DNA from: Bacillus sp. 28A-2 | GTDB lineage: Bacteria > Bacillota > Bacilli > Bacillales > Bacillaceae | Length of the DNA stretch: 40,000 nucleotides | Direction of reading: 5' to 3' | Assembly (NCBI RefSeq): GCF_014764715.1 | Contig: NZ_JACXXE010000012.1 | Coordinates: 18,248-58,247, forward strand | Part shown: one piece after another, positions 17,972 through 27,108 of the stretch | Position numbering within the stretch: the stretch's first letter is position 1 | Layout: every line of letters starts with the position of its first letter | The notes under the pieces: generated by a model | Seen by the model: the letters and a program-made list of their open reading frames with translations, nothing else | Database searches by the model: none | Told to the model about the DNA's origin: nothing | Translations under genes and position numbers: made by a program

Positions 17972-19132
17972 TTAAAGCAAGCCGTCCCATACCGTTTCAG
18001 ATTTTTGTAGGTCTTGTTGTTGATCTCCTACTCCATTACCTTGCGGACGTGCTTTTTCAAGCGCTTCGACTCTTTCAACAACTGGAGCCAATGCCTTTTC
18101 TACAGCTGCGGCCATTTCTTTTGCAACAGCTTCATCCGGCTGATTTTCTTGCGGATCAGGTTGCTGCTCGCCTTCTCCTTTTTCAAGGTCATCCAGACGC
18201 TTTACGACCGGTGCAATTGTATCCTCTAGCATTTTTTGTAGATCTTCTTTTTTCACTTCTTCGTTCTCCTCCTTCTCTTCCGCTTGACTCAACAGATTGT
18301 CGATAGCGGCTCTGGCATTTTTCAATTCAGTTAAGTTAGCAGCTGAAAACTTTCGGCCAGCTTTTGCGACTTCTTCAGGTGGATCAGTTTGGATCCCCGC
18401 TAAGTCATCAGTAAGCAAAATCTCTTGTGTGATTTCCACAAAATCTTGCAGTGCTGCCCTTACCTTTTCAGGATCAGTCTCCAAGTCTTCATCGTCGTAA
18501 GAATCCCATTTAAACAAAACGGAATTCAGTGCATCTTGTGCCGCCCAAAACTCCCGACGCATGCGGCCTTTGTCGTATCGGTTCTTCACTTCTCCTTTAG
18601 AAAAGAAGTTTTTAAGCAAAGAAAAAAGCCCCTTCTCATCAGAAGCTGGCTTGTGATCCTCTTGTTTTCCTATATCCGCTGTTCCGGCCATTGAATATCC
18701 GGTGATCTCGCCCTTTTGAATCTGTTCCCAAATTTCATCGGAAGCCTTCGTCACAAGGACCCACGATCCTTTCTTGATAACTTCACCGCCCATTTCAAAA
18801 TCGGAAGGAGCAATGTAAGATTCAACGACTTCCCCGACACCGCCTTGGAAATCATGCTGCTTATCGATCTCACGTGCATCTTTCAGGAACCCATGAGCGG
18901 CTTTTTCAATTTCTTCTGGTGTCATATAGTCTCCATGTGCATCCGCAACGTTTGGTTCGTATACAATACCGTATACAAGACGCTGCGCATCATCAGCCTT
19001 CGCAATGACCTTGATCTCTTTTTGAAAGTCTGGCTGCTTTTCTGACTTCATAAAAAAGAACTGCTTTTGATTAGCAGCCTTGTCTACATATGAAACGTGT
19101 GTGATCTTCGCATTAAACAATTCGCGTGGCAA
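17972..19132 (-). CDS. XkdF-like prohead protease/scaffold fusion protein
   Basis: The N-terminus ...[23 protein letters not shown] fits the XkdF family (recall). The C-terminal half is an acidic coiled coil. The start is probably TTG 19132, 6 nt after GGAGGTG; the track's GTG start lies inside the SD. Confidence 0.6.
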   Translation of the reverse strand: MPRELFNAKITHVSYVDKAANQKQFFFMKSEKQPDFQKEIKVIAKADDAQRLVYGIVYEPNVADAHGDYMTPEEIEKAAHGFLKDAREIDKQHDFQGGVGEVVESYIAPSDFEMGGEVIKKGSWVLVTKASDEIWEQIQKGEITGYSMAGTADIGKQEDHKPASDEKGLFSLLKNFFSKGEVKNRYDKGRMRREFWAAQDALNSVLFKWDSYDDEDLETDPEKVRAALQDFVEITQEILLTDDLAGIQTDPPEEVAKAGRKFSAANLTELKNARAAIDNLLSQAEEKEENEEVKKEDLQKMLEDTIAPVVKRLDDLEKGEGEQQPDPQENQPDEAVAKEMAAAVEKALAPVVERVEALEKARPQGNGVGDQQQDLQKSETVWDGLL

Positions 19133-19133
19133 T

Positions 19134-20051
19134 TCATTCACCTCCTTTCAAAACCGCTTCTCTAATTTTTTCTTTTTCCTCTGCTGACAATCCTAGAATA
19201 ACAGGATCAACCACAGGACCAACCGCACAATGACAGTTTACCCTCTCTTTCGGCGTGAGCTGTGTATCTCTCGGAAACATGCACCGCTCTCCGCTGCCTG
19301 GTATCTCAAATTCTTCATCCAAAGGGATGATCGTCCCGTCCAGTTGCACATGACTTTCTCTTGACTGATTCTTCTTCCCGCCGCTGTGCTTCCATCGCTT
19401 TGCCGTAACCGCCGGTGATTGTACATATGACTCATGTTGAGCGACGGAAGAAGCAGTCAACACTTCAGTTACAGCTGTCACACGTGCGCGCTTGCGGCTG
19501 AATTCAGGAAGGTCCTTCAGCTCCAATTCAATCTCCTGGATAGAACGGCCTTCTTTTATACCCTCTTTCAGCGTTTGCTCTATGGCTGTATGAGTATTCA
19601 GCTGCATCAGCTGCGCCAATTCCTGTGACCATGATTCAATCCACTGTTCAGTTTTCTCAGAAAGCACCTTGAATGGAATATCTGCATCGATGGAATGCAT
19701 AATCTTTTCGGCCAGCTGCGTGACAGTCAAAGTCAAGAATATGGCCGTTTCTTTTCCGAACAGCTCCGCAAATTCATCAGCTGCAAACAAGTCATTTTGA
19801 AAAAACGCTAGAATTGATTCTAATGTCTCCGAATCGTCTTTGGATATAAAACCATTTAGTGCTTTCAAAAACGTCCTGTGTTGCAATCTGAACAATTTAG
19901 CGGTGATTTTTTCGTATTCCTCCACTAAAGATGGAATGTCTTGTAGTTCAGGGAAATCAGCCACCGCCGCTTTGAGTTCCTCAACCTCATCTGCCTCCGC
20001 TTTTTGCACAAAGGTATTGATGTTTTTTATCAGCTGATCAATCTTGCTCAT
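19134..20051 (-). CDS. Head morphogenesis protein (SPP1 gp7 / Mu F-like minor capsid)
   Basis: 305-aa ORF directly after the portal gene. The C-terminal motif ...FPRDTQLTPKERVNCHCAVGPV is typical of the gp7 family (recall). Confidence 0.65.
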   Translation of the reverse strand: MSKIDQLIKNINTFVQKAEADEVEELKAAVADFPELQDIPSLVEEYEKITAKLFRLQHRTFLKALNGFISKDDSETLESILAFFQNDLFAADEFAELFGKETAIFLTLTVTQLAEKIMHSIDADIPFKVLSEKTEQWIESWSQELAQLMQLNTHTAIEQTLKEGIKEGRSIQEIELELKDLPEFSRKRARVTAVTEVLTASSVAQHESYVQSPAVTAKRWKHSGGKKNQSRESHVQLDGTIIPLDEEFEIPGSGERCMFPRDTQLTPKERVNCHCAVGPVVDPVILGLSAEEKEKIREAVLKGGE

Positions 20052-21568
20052 TTGCGGATCTCCTCTAGTTCATCCCTAACATCTTTTAAGAGATGGATCA
20101 GATCTTCCTGGGAACCCGCAGACTTTTGAAAAACCGTATCAAGCAAGCTAGTTGATGCCTTTGGCTTCGCCTCAATTGGTCGGTGATATTCTTCCTCTGG
20201 CCATTCTTCAAGTGTCTTACCAAGAATACGGCCAGCCAGATCACGCAGGTCATTCGGTGAAACCGCTCCTGCTTGAATAAACGGTGTAAGAACCTTTGCG
20301 ATTTCGAGCGGATCACGAAAGTCAGGTCCATTTAATATGAGTCGCACATGCCAGAGATCGAGATCAGGAAGGAAGAGTGTATTGAGCTTGCCGGTGATGA
20401 GCATTCTCTCCGGCTGAAATACCTGCTCTTCAGTTGTCTTTCGAGCGGTGTCAGCTGTCGCCTTGTTATAATCCTGTGATTCGCCAGTATAGATCGGCGG
20501 CAGACGGAATGAGGAACGTATCTTGTTTCTCGTCTTCTCATCATATTCAAGGAACAGCGCATCCTCCTGGAGAATCTCGGCCAGTGATTTTATATCCACC
20601 TTTACATTAGCCGGCTCTTCATCGTTCGATAGCTCATCCTTCTTCGGAATCCCTTCCACTTCGAGTAACAGGAATTTATGTGCATTGTCTGATCCTTCGA
20701 TGCCGTTCATGTATTCCTGCAGCTGCTGATATGAAGATTCAGAAAGCATTCCATTCTCTACAGTAATTGCAGCCGGCACATGCCGCCCTTGTTTAAAGTA
20801 CAGATAGTTCAGCTCTTCAGCTTTGCGCGCTCCATACATATTGACGATGTTACCAATCCAACGAGGAACACCATATGTACCGCTGCCGATCTTGAAGTGA
20901 ATGACTTCGCTTGCTACAAGATTAGAAGGAGTTTCTTCACTGTATTCTCCCGTAGCAGCGTTCAATGTTCTTGGATCACCGTACTCCTTGAAGAATACTT
21001 TTTTAGTGTTGACTTGCTGCACATACTTTCTGAACCGTTTCATTCTTTTCATGGTCTTAACTTCACCATGATCTGTATATTTAAAGTCGATCTCAACGGA
21101 ATCGCCTAACTTACAAATACGAATATATTGTGCATCCAGATATTCAATACCTGCAGGCTTCCCTGTACCTTCTCGAAGCACTTCGACAAATCCATTACCT
21201 GTTTTCTCTCGGTCTTCTATCACATAACCAAGGACCACTTCGGCTGACTCATCATAGTTCATATATCTGGCGAATTCTTCGAGTCTTGTCCATTCTTTCT
21301 CAGCTGCATCTTTCTTTTCTTTCGGTGCGTTCTCTGCGTTGAAATCGAAAGTATACTCAATTCCTAAGCCGAAACCTAGAATGTTGGTTTTATAAGCATC
21401 TATACATTGTTGAAGAATGGTAGAATACTCGGCTATTTGTTTGAGCTCCTTGATATTGTATGGCGGCTCAATAATGCCATCAGCCTCATAATTAAATCCA
21501 TCCTCATGAATTTGTTTGGTCGTTTCAGAAACAGTTGATTTAATCACAGTCGCTTTCACTTTATTCAT
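20048..21568 (-). CDS. Portal protein
   Basis: 506-aa ORF with a 1-nt overlap with terL. Its size and position are canonical. Confidence 0.85.
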   Translation of the reverse strand: MNKVKATVIKSTVSETTKQIHEDGFNYEADGIIEPPYNIKELKQIAEYSTILQQCIDAYKTNILGFGLGIEYTFDFNAENAPKEKKDAAEKEWTRLEEFARYMNYDESAEVVLGYVIEDREKTGNGFVEVLREGTGKPAGIEYLDAQYIRICKLGDSVEIDFKYTDHGEVKTMKRMKRFRKYVQQVNTKKVFFKEYGDPRTLNAATGEYSEETPSNLVASEVIHFKIGSGTYGVPRWIGNIVNMYGARKAEELNYLYFKQGRHVPAAITVENGMLSESSYQQLQEYMNGIEGSDNAHKFLLLEVEGIPKKDELSNDEEPANVKVDIKSLAEILQEDALFLEYDEKTRNKIRSSFRLPPIYTGESQDYNKATADTARKTTEEQVFQPERMLITGKLNTLFLPDLDLWHVRLILNGPDFRDPLEIAKVLTPFIQAGAVSPNDLRDLAGRILGKTLEEWPEEEYHRPIEAKPKASTSLLDTVFQKSAGSQEDLIHLLKDVRDELEEIRK

Positions 21569-22872
21569 CAGCGTGACCTCCTTTCTCTGTTCGGGCGTGT
21601 ACGCTCTTTTGGTTTCTCTTTCAGATCGGTGACCTCATAATCATCTAGCGCATACCAGATGGCTGAAAAAGTATGAGGGTCAATCTGAAACTCGTCCTCT
21701 ATGATATTGCCGCGCTTGTCTGTCTTGTACGTGAGTGGCTGAAGCTCATAGATCGTGTTTTTACATGAATCGGAACAAATGATTTTCTTAAACCGCTTGA
21801 TCTTCTTGGTGTACTGCAAGCGTGATCCTTGGAACTTATGAGCGGCCACCATGTTGTATCCCATCTTGCGGAAATATGCGATTGTCTTCTGCTCATTATC
21901 AGCCTTGATCAGCTCTTTTGTTTCAACGAACTCTTTCAAGTCCTCGACAGTGACATCATCAGTCTTGCCACGATCGTAATACTCCCAATAGATATATAGA
22001 TACTTCTTCTCATGATCTACAGCCAACCTAACCACAGCGTTATATGAATCAACGAAACCAAAGTCCATACCTGCTCTAAGCAAAGGACGATTGATATTTG
22101 AGATGGCCAGCATGACATCTTCATGCGGCTGCACCTCGAATTGTGGTAGGACGCGAATTCCGTTAACGCCAAAATGACCTTTTCGGGCTATGCGATAAAG
22201 GTCGGGATCGTATTCTTTTAGTTCGTCCAGCTGCTTGATATAGCTCACAGGTAGAAATAGGTTATCTTCTGCCGTCGAGTGGTGATAGTACGTATCGTTG
22301 ATGGAGATCGTTCGCTCTTTGTATAACCTTTCATCATCCAGGATAAAGCGGTTGTTTTGATCGTCCTTAAAGAAGTGACGGTATGTCCAGTTGTCTTGGC
22401 CAACAGGGTTCGTCGATAGAATCATGTGCAGCTGTAACGTTGGATGACGCAAACGACCAAGCAGCTCCTTGAATCCCTCGTACTTCACTTCTGAACATTC
22501 CTCAATCCAAATAATCGAGATGTTGTTGATCGACTTCAGCTTGGCTGGCTTGTCCAAACCTTTGAAAATGATCCGGCTGCCGTTATGGAATTTAAGCATG
22601 AGCGGTGATGTCCGGCACTGAATGACATGATCGAGTCCAAGATCATTCACGATCTCTTCAAACAGCGAAAAGGTTGAATCCCTGTGTGTGTCATAGACTT
22701 CACGAATCACAAGGGCTGTCCTCTTTTCATCCAGTAACTTTAAGATGAGTTTCAACGCAATGTGATAGCTTTTAGATGATCCATAACCACCCACCAAGAA
22801 CTGAAACTTCTGATCCCAGTCAAAAAGAAAGTCCTCAAAGTGTGGATTGACCTCTTTTTCCATCAGTTGCAT
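21568..22872 (-). CDS. xtmB: Terminase large subunit (PBSX XtmB family)
   Basis: 434-aa ORF with a Walker-A-like GGYGSSKS near the N-terminus. It lies between terS and the portal gene. Confidence 0.9.
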   Translation of the reverse strand: MQLMEKEVNPHFEDFLFDWDQKFQFLVGGYGSSKSYHIALKLILKLLDEKRTALVIREVYDTHRDSTFSLFEEIVNDLGLDHVIQCRTSPLMLKFHNGSRIIFKGLDKPAKLKSINNISIIWIEECSEVKYEGFKELLGRLRHPTLQLHMILSTNPVGQDNWTYRHFFKDDQNNRFILDDERLYKERTISINDTYYHHSTAEDNLFLPVSYIKQLDELKEYDPDLYRIARKGHFGVNGIRVLPQFEVQPHEDVMLAISNINRPLLRAGMDFGFVDSYNAVVRLAVDHEKKYLYIYWEYYDRGKTDDVTVEDLKEFVETKELIKADNEQKTIAYFRKMGYNMVAAHKFQGSRLQYTKKIKRFKKIICSDSCKNTIYELQPLTYKTDKRGNIIEDEFQIDPHTFSAIWYALDDYEVTDLKEKPKERTRPNRERRSR

Positions 22873-23756
22873 CAGCCATCACCTTTTTTCTTTGCTCTCT
22901 TTATAGTAATTTGAACCGAATCATCGACAGGTCGAGCGGTGATCCGCTCCAGCTCTGCTTCTCTCGTTCGGTTTGCAAGATCAAGACCACGCAGCCTCAA
23001 TTCATGCTCTGACATAGTTTTCATTATGTCGTGTTTCTGCCTAATGGCTTTAAGACGCTTGTCTGTTACTCGCGTCAATGCTTCCTCTATTTCAAGGATG
23101 CGGTCAATCACAGGTAATTGAGTTTCTTCCACCTCAGTGACTACAAGACGTTCATTGATAATTGGAACGTATTTAACAACACCATTCTCGCTTGTCGAAG
23201 GTGCGACATCTTTTGTTTTCCTAAGTTGCTGAAGAACACGTCGCTGATTATCGGTTAAACCATTTTCATACTTCATGATCCTGTGCATCATGCGCCGCTC
23301 TCGAATACTAAGCTCACGTATGGTCAATTCAATTTGATAGAGCGGATCAGTCTCAATCTGCTCAAAGAGCTCCTTTTCTGTGTCGTCCATATAATCGAAC
23401 AAAATAGATTCATATTCACCTGTCCGCACAGAATTTCTGTTTCCTTTTGGAGCACCACCAGTATTCCCTTTAGCATTTTGGTTACCTGGCGGTGCTTTAC
23501 CACCTTTATTCCCTTTGGCGTTTTTACTCCCTTTGGGAGCCCCAGGGCGTTTAGTAACGTTACCATTGGTTTTCTCTTTGGGTTTAGTAACGTTACCATT
23601 CAATTTCTCATCCCAAGAGTCTTGGTTCTTCCATTTGCGGATAAGCGATTGTGAACACTCTAATTCTTCAGCAATGTCTTTCAGCAAACGGGTTCCGTTG
23701 CTTTCTTTCCACAATTGGAACGCCTGATCTCTTTTGGGATTTCGCGGTCTAGCCAT
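22872..23756 (-). CDS. xtmA: Terminase small subunit
   Basis: 294-aa ORF. It has an N-terminal HTH ([25 protein letters not shown]), a Gly/Asn/Lys-rich linker and a coiled-coil C-terminus. A strong SD is present. Confidence 0.8.
   Translation of the reverse strand: MARPRNPKRDQAFQLWKESNGTRLLKDIAEELECSQSLIRKWKNQDSWDEKLNGNVTKPKEKTNGNVTKRPGAPKGSKNAKGNKGGKAPPGNQNAKGNTGGAPKGNRNSVRTGEYESILFDYMDDTEKELFEQIETDPLYQIELTIRELSIRERRMMHRIMKYENGLTDNQRRVLQQLRKTKDVAPSTSENGVVKYVPIINERLVVTEVEETQLPVIDRILEIEEALTRVTDKRLKAIRQKHDIMKTMSEHELRLRGLDLANRTREAELERITARPVDDSVQITIKRAKKKGDG
23549..23600. repeat. Two exact 19-bp direct repeats (GTTTAGTAACGTTACCATT) inside terS
   Basis: The copies are at 23549-23567 and 23582-23600. 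Each has the 10-bp palindrome GTAACGTTAC at its core. Confidence 0.9.
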
Positions 23757-23802
23757 TACATATCACCCACCTCCGAACTGCTTAATTAAGTTTGAGTTGT
23801 TT

Positions 23803-24051
23803 TCAAATTTCATCGTTCTTGAGTAAATACATTTCTAGCTCAATGAGTTTTTTCAAGTCTTCCACAGTAGACAATTTGATGTTTCCTGCTTTAAAGTCTC
23901 TGACCCATTGAGCAATAGCCGCCTGCGTGATTTTTCTTAAATTCGCAGTGGCTTTCTCTATGTCTTCAGCTTGTTCAGCCTGTAATAAAAGTAGTATTTC
24001 TTCTCTTTCTTCATCATAACGAGAACAAATGTTCTTATTATCTGTTGTCAT
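23803..24051 (-). CDS. First gene of the late operon, unknown function
   Basis: 82-aa ORF with SD GGAGGACAGGGAGA before the ATG. The protein is predicted helical and acidic. Confidence 0.45.
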   Translation of the reverse strand: MTTDNKNICSRYDEEREEILLLLQAEQAEDIEKATANLRKITQAAIAQWVRDFKAGNIKLSTVEDLKKLIELEMYLLKNDEI

Positions 24052-24073
24052 TCTCCCTGTCCTCCATTACAAT
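24045..24073 (+). promoter_or_regulatory. Near-consensus sigma-A promoter on the plus strand (TTGTCA, 17 nt, TACAAT)
   Basis: The -35 is at 24045-24050 and the -10 at 24068-24073, with an exact 17-nt spacer. The spacer is the complement of the SD of the 82-aa gene. Confidence 0.5.
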
Positions 24074-24079
24074 ATGGTT

Positions 24080-24192
24080 TGAGAGCGTGATATTTTCCCA
24101 CAAACGCGGCCGCGTCTTGATCACGCTCTTGGGCAGGGAGTTTCTTTCTTTGCCTTTGAAAGGGAGGGTGTTGTCAGCACCCTCTTTTTTTA
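24080..24192 (+). ncRNA. Candidate antisense sRNA of about 110 nt at the early/late junction
   Basis: It runs from the plus-strand promoter above to a canonical plus-strand terminator. There is no plus-strand ORF (ATG GTT TGA only). Predicted internal stem-loops are present. Confidence 0.4.
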
Positions 24193-24195
24193 TTT
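24164..24195 (+). terminator. Canonical intrinsic terminator oriented on the plus strand
   Basis: gagggtg (24164-24170) pairs with caccctc (24178-24184) around a 7-nt loop, then TTTTTTTATTT. On the minus strand the same hairpin has no U-tract. Confidence 0.6.
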
Positions 24196-25471
24196 ACAAC
24201 GAGTCAACAAGCTCTGGAGTGATGCCTGTGAATTCCGTGAATCGCTTCTTAATAACGTCACAGAAATACGGATCAAGTTCTAATAGAAAAGCTTCTCTAT
24301 CCGTTTGCTCACAAGTCATAAGAGTTGAGCCGCTACCTCCAAAGAAATCTACCACTCTATCACCTTTTTTACTGTTGTTACTTAATGGAATATTTATCAG
24401 TTCAAGTGGTTTTTGTGTTGGATGAACATATTTTGAAACGTCACCACGCGAAACTTCCCATACAGTTGCTGGACCCGTTTCTTCTGTTAAATCAGTTCTC
24501 CAAACTGTAACTTGCTTTTTATCACCATACCAATGTGGTGAGCACCCCTTTTTGAATGCATAGAAAACAGGCTCATGCATATATCGATATTGGCCCCACC
24601 CAAATGTAGCTGAATTTTTCACCCATATGCATTGCGACCTAACTTTTATACCAGCGTTTAGCATTTCTTTTTCAAAGTTTAATTGATAAGTAGGCGAGTG
24701 GAATACATAAATGGCTGCTTTCTCATTCATGACCCTAGAATAATTCAGGAATGTATCCCTTAAAAAAGTATCGAACTGTTCATCATCCATCGAATCATTC
24801 ATGATTGTTGCATGACCATCCTCATTTAATTTCTTACTATTACTTTTTACAGCTACATTATAAGGTGGATCAGTAATAACTAGATCGGCTTTATATCCCG
24901 ACATTAGACGATCAACGTCAGCTGCTTTTGTGGCATCACCGCACACTAAGGTGTGGCGGCCAAGCCGCCACACATCTCCATACTTTGTTTCAGGCTCACT
25001 GATTTGTGATAGAGCTTCAGAAACATCGAAGTCATCATCTTCTACAACTGTATTACCGTTGTCTACAGACAGGTTTTCTAGCAGCTCCTCATATTCTTCT
25101 TGAGAATACCCGATGATGTTTGTATCAAAATTGTTTTCCTTCAGCTCTGATAAAAGAGCCTCTAGTTTTTCCTCATCCCAATCGCCTTCAATTTTGTTTA
25201 ATGCAATATTGAGCGCCTTCTCTTCTTTTTCGTTCAAAGAAACCACAGACACTTTGATTTCAGTTGGGTTCGATTCTAATAAGATTTTGAACCTTTGATG
25301 TCCACCTACTAAATTACCTGTCTTCTCGTTCCAGATGAGCGGATCAATATATCCGAAATGCTCTATCGACGCTTTCAACTCTTCGTATGCTTTGTCTCCT
25401 GGTTTCAGATCAACACGTGGATGATAGGCAGCGGGATTTATTTGACTGACGGGTATATCTTTTATAATCAA
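24194..25471 (-). CDS. ParB-like nuclease domain fused to an N6/N4 DNA methyltransferase (beta class)
   Basis: The N-terminal ParB-like block carries GGHQRF. The MTase motifs are ITDPPYN (IV) followed later by VVDFFGGSGST (I). The start is set at TTG 25471, 6 nt after GAGGTG, giving MIIKDIPVSQINP, parallel to the paralog's MNIKTIPVHKINP. Confidence 0.85.
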   Translation of the reverse strand: MIIKDIPVSQINPAAYHPRVDLKPGDKAYEELKASIEHFGYIDPLIWNEKTGNLVGGHQRFKILLESNPTEIKVSVVSLNEKEEKALNIALNKIEGDWDEEKLEALLSELKENNFDTNIIGYSQEEYEELLENLSVDNGNTVVEDDDFDVSEALSQISEPETKYGDVWRLGRHTLVCGDATKAADVDRLMSGYKADLVITDPPYNVAVKSNSKKLNEDGHATIMNDSMDDEQFDTFLRDTFLNYSRVMNEKAAIYVFHSPTYQLNFEKEMLNAGIKVRSQCIWVKNSATFGWGQYRYMHEPVFYAFKKGCSPHWYGDKKQVTVWRTDLTEETGPATVWEVSRGDVSKYVHPTQKPLELINIPLSNNSKKGDRVVDFFGGSGSTLMTCEQTDREAFLLELDPYFCDVIKKRFTEFTGITPELVDSL

Positions 25472-25503
25472 TTGAAACACCTCTTGTATTATTTCATGTT
25501 GTT

Positions 25504-26526
25504 TTACTTAAACCATTGCAAATGTATCTGTTCCGCGATCCGCTTCATCATCACTGGAGGCACGCTCATACCACAGACATACTGCGTTGATGCATCCATA
25601 AAGTCATAATCCAACGGAAAAGATTGCATCAGAATAATATCCCTTGTTGAGATGTAATATGGTTCGTCGTATCTAATAAAGACCGAACCACTTGCAAGTG
25701 TTGGCGGAACTAAACTGTTTTTCACTAATACTGTATTGAAATTCCGCTCTTTACCTTCTGTTCGTTTAGTTATGTCTCCAATGTTGCCGTCAGATGGCTG
25801 CCGCTTAATCCATCTTTTATACGTTTTACTCGATTCATTCAGCCTTGACCCATGTCCACTTCTAAACTCTCCATATGTGATCGGTGGTTCATTGAAAGCC
25901 AATTTCAATGGTGGTAAGTTCAGGTCCTTTCTGCGGCCAATGAAAAAGACCCGCTCTCTTCTCTGCGGGACTCCCATTGTGGCAGCGTTCAGCAAGAACA
26001 GCTGAACGTCATACCCTATTTCTTTTGCACGCTCTATGACAAGTTTCACATACCCTTTAGCTTTTCCTTTGATCATGCCGCTTACGTTCTCAGCTACAAA
26101 GATTTTAGGCTTCAAACGTTCTACAGCATCTAGGTAATGAAAGAACAGATCGTCTAGTTTTTGGACAGCTTGGCCCTCTCTGAACGCCTTTTCTCTTCCC
26201 CAATCCTCTTCTCTTTTTCCGGCCGTTGAAAACACACTGCATGGCGGCGATCCGTCAAACACATCAAGATTCATGAGTTCTTCAGGAAGATCGGAGAGCG
26301 GGATCTGATTAAACTCTCGAATGTCCATGAGATAAGGATATTTCGGCTTGTGATTCTTTTTATAGATTTTCATCATTTGCGGATCGATCTCACAGTTTCC
26401 CAGCAATTCAAACCCTGCTAATTTGTAGCCCATTGATGAGCCGCCACCGCATGAGAATGTACTGAACACTTTCAACCCATTGGAAGAGATGTTTTTAAGA
26501 TCACTCAATTTCCATCTATAGTTCAT
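25504..26526 (-). CDS. DNA (cytosine-5) methyltransferase
   Basis: Motifs FSCGGGSSMGY (I), GSPPCSVFS (IV), AENV (VI) and QRRERVFFIG (VIII) are all present in a 340-aa ORF. Confidence 0.9.
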   Translation of the reverse strand: MNYRWKLSDLKNISSNGLKVFSTFSCGGGSSMGYKLAGFELLGNCEIDPQMMKIYKKNHKPKYPYLMDIREFNQIPLSDLPEELMNLDVFDGSPPCSVFSTAGKREEDWGREKAFREGQAVQKLDDLFFHYLDAVERLKPKIFVAENVSGMIKGKAKGYVKLVIERAKEIGYDVQLFLLNAATMGVPQRRERVFFIGRRKDLNLPPLKLAFNEPPITYGEFRSGHGSRLNESSKTYKRWIKRQPSDGNIGDITKRTEGKERNFNTVLVKNSLVPPTLASGSVFIRYDEPYYISTRDIILMQSFPLDYDFMDASTQYVCGMSVPPVMMKRIAEQIHLQWFK

Positions 26527-26534
26527 GTTTTCAC

Positions 26535-27053
26535 CTACTCATTGTATGAAAAACCGCATTTAGGACACGTATGTTCAAATTGATCATCCCCAAAGTCATC
26601 TAAGTCAATTTCTTTACTTTCAGATACAGTCCCACCTTGCCCTGTATGCTCTAGTTGTTGAAGAATGTCCTCTAGTTCCGTATCACTGAATCCTGTTGCG
26701 CTGAGATCATATCCTGATTTCTCTAGTTCCTTGATTAGTTCAGAGAGTTTGTATTCATCCCAATCACCATCTATCTTATTAAGGGCAATATTCAAAGCTT
26801 TTTCGTCTTGTTCATTAAGCGATACAACAGATACAAGAATTTCACTTGGATTATCCTCCATCAATACTTTGAAACGTTGATGACCGCCTACAAGGTGACC
26901 TGTCCGTTCATTCCATACTAAGGGATCAATGTATCCAAATTTTTTTATTGAGTTTTTCAGAGAGTCGTATTCTGGATCTCCTGGCTGCAGATCAATTCGA
27001 GGGTTATAAGGTGATGGGTTAATTTTATGTACGGGAATTGTTTTGATATTCAT
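26535..27053 (-). CDS. Stand-alone ParB-like nuclease-domain protein with a C-terminal CxxC element
   Basis: 172-aa ORF with a strong SD (TAGGAGGAA). It aligns by eye along about 135 aa with the N-terminus of the ParB-MTase fusion. It ends ...HTCPKCGFSYNE. Confidence 0.75.
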   Translation of the reverse strand: MNIKTIPVHKINPSPYNPRIDLQPGDPEYDSLKNSIKKFGYIDPLVWNERTGHLVGGHQRFKVLMEDNPSEILVSVVSLNEQDEKALNIALNKIDGDWDEYKLSELIKELEKSGYDLSATGFSDTELEDILQQLEHTGQGGTVSESKEIDLDDFGDDQFEHTCPKCGFSYNE

Positions 27054-27069
27054 CGCTGTTTCCTCCTAT

Positions 27070-27103
27070 AAAAACAAATGATGCCGCCCTAGAGGCGGCA
27101 TCA
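27070..27103 (-). terminator. Intrinsic terminator after the 114-aa moron
   Basis: A perfect 10-bp stem (tgatgccgcc 27079-27088 / ggcggcatca 27094-27103) with a 5-nt loop is followed by a T-rich run on the minus strand. Confidence 0.7.
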
Positions 27104-27108
27104 GCTGC

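Noticed and set aside
17949-17990. N-terminal extensions given by the ORF track for several genes (capsid 17990, recT 38642, arpU 30653, organizer 37038, xkdQ-like 6148, MTase fusion 25480, and others)
   Set aside because: In each case the track's first start codon lies inside or directly against the Shine-Dalgarno sequence, or overlaps an upstream gene. An in-frame ATG, GTG or TTG 5-10 nt after the SD was preferred.
24045-24425. 126-aa plus-strand ORF spanning the early/late junction
   Set aside because: It has no SD, runs straight through a canonical plus-strand terminator and is antisense to the methyltransferase gene. The promoter-to-terminator sRNA model explains the region better.
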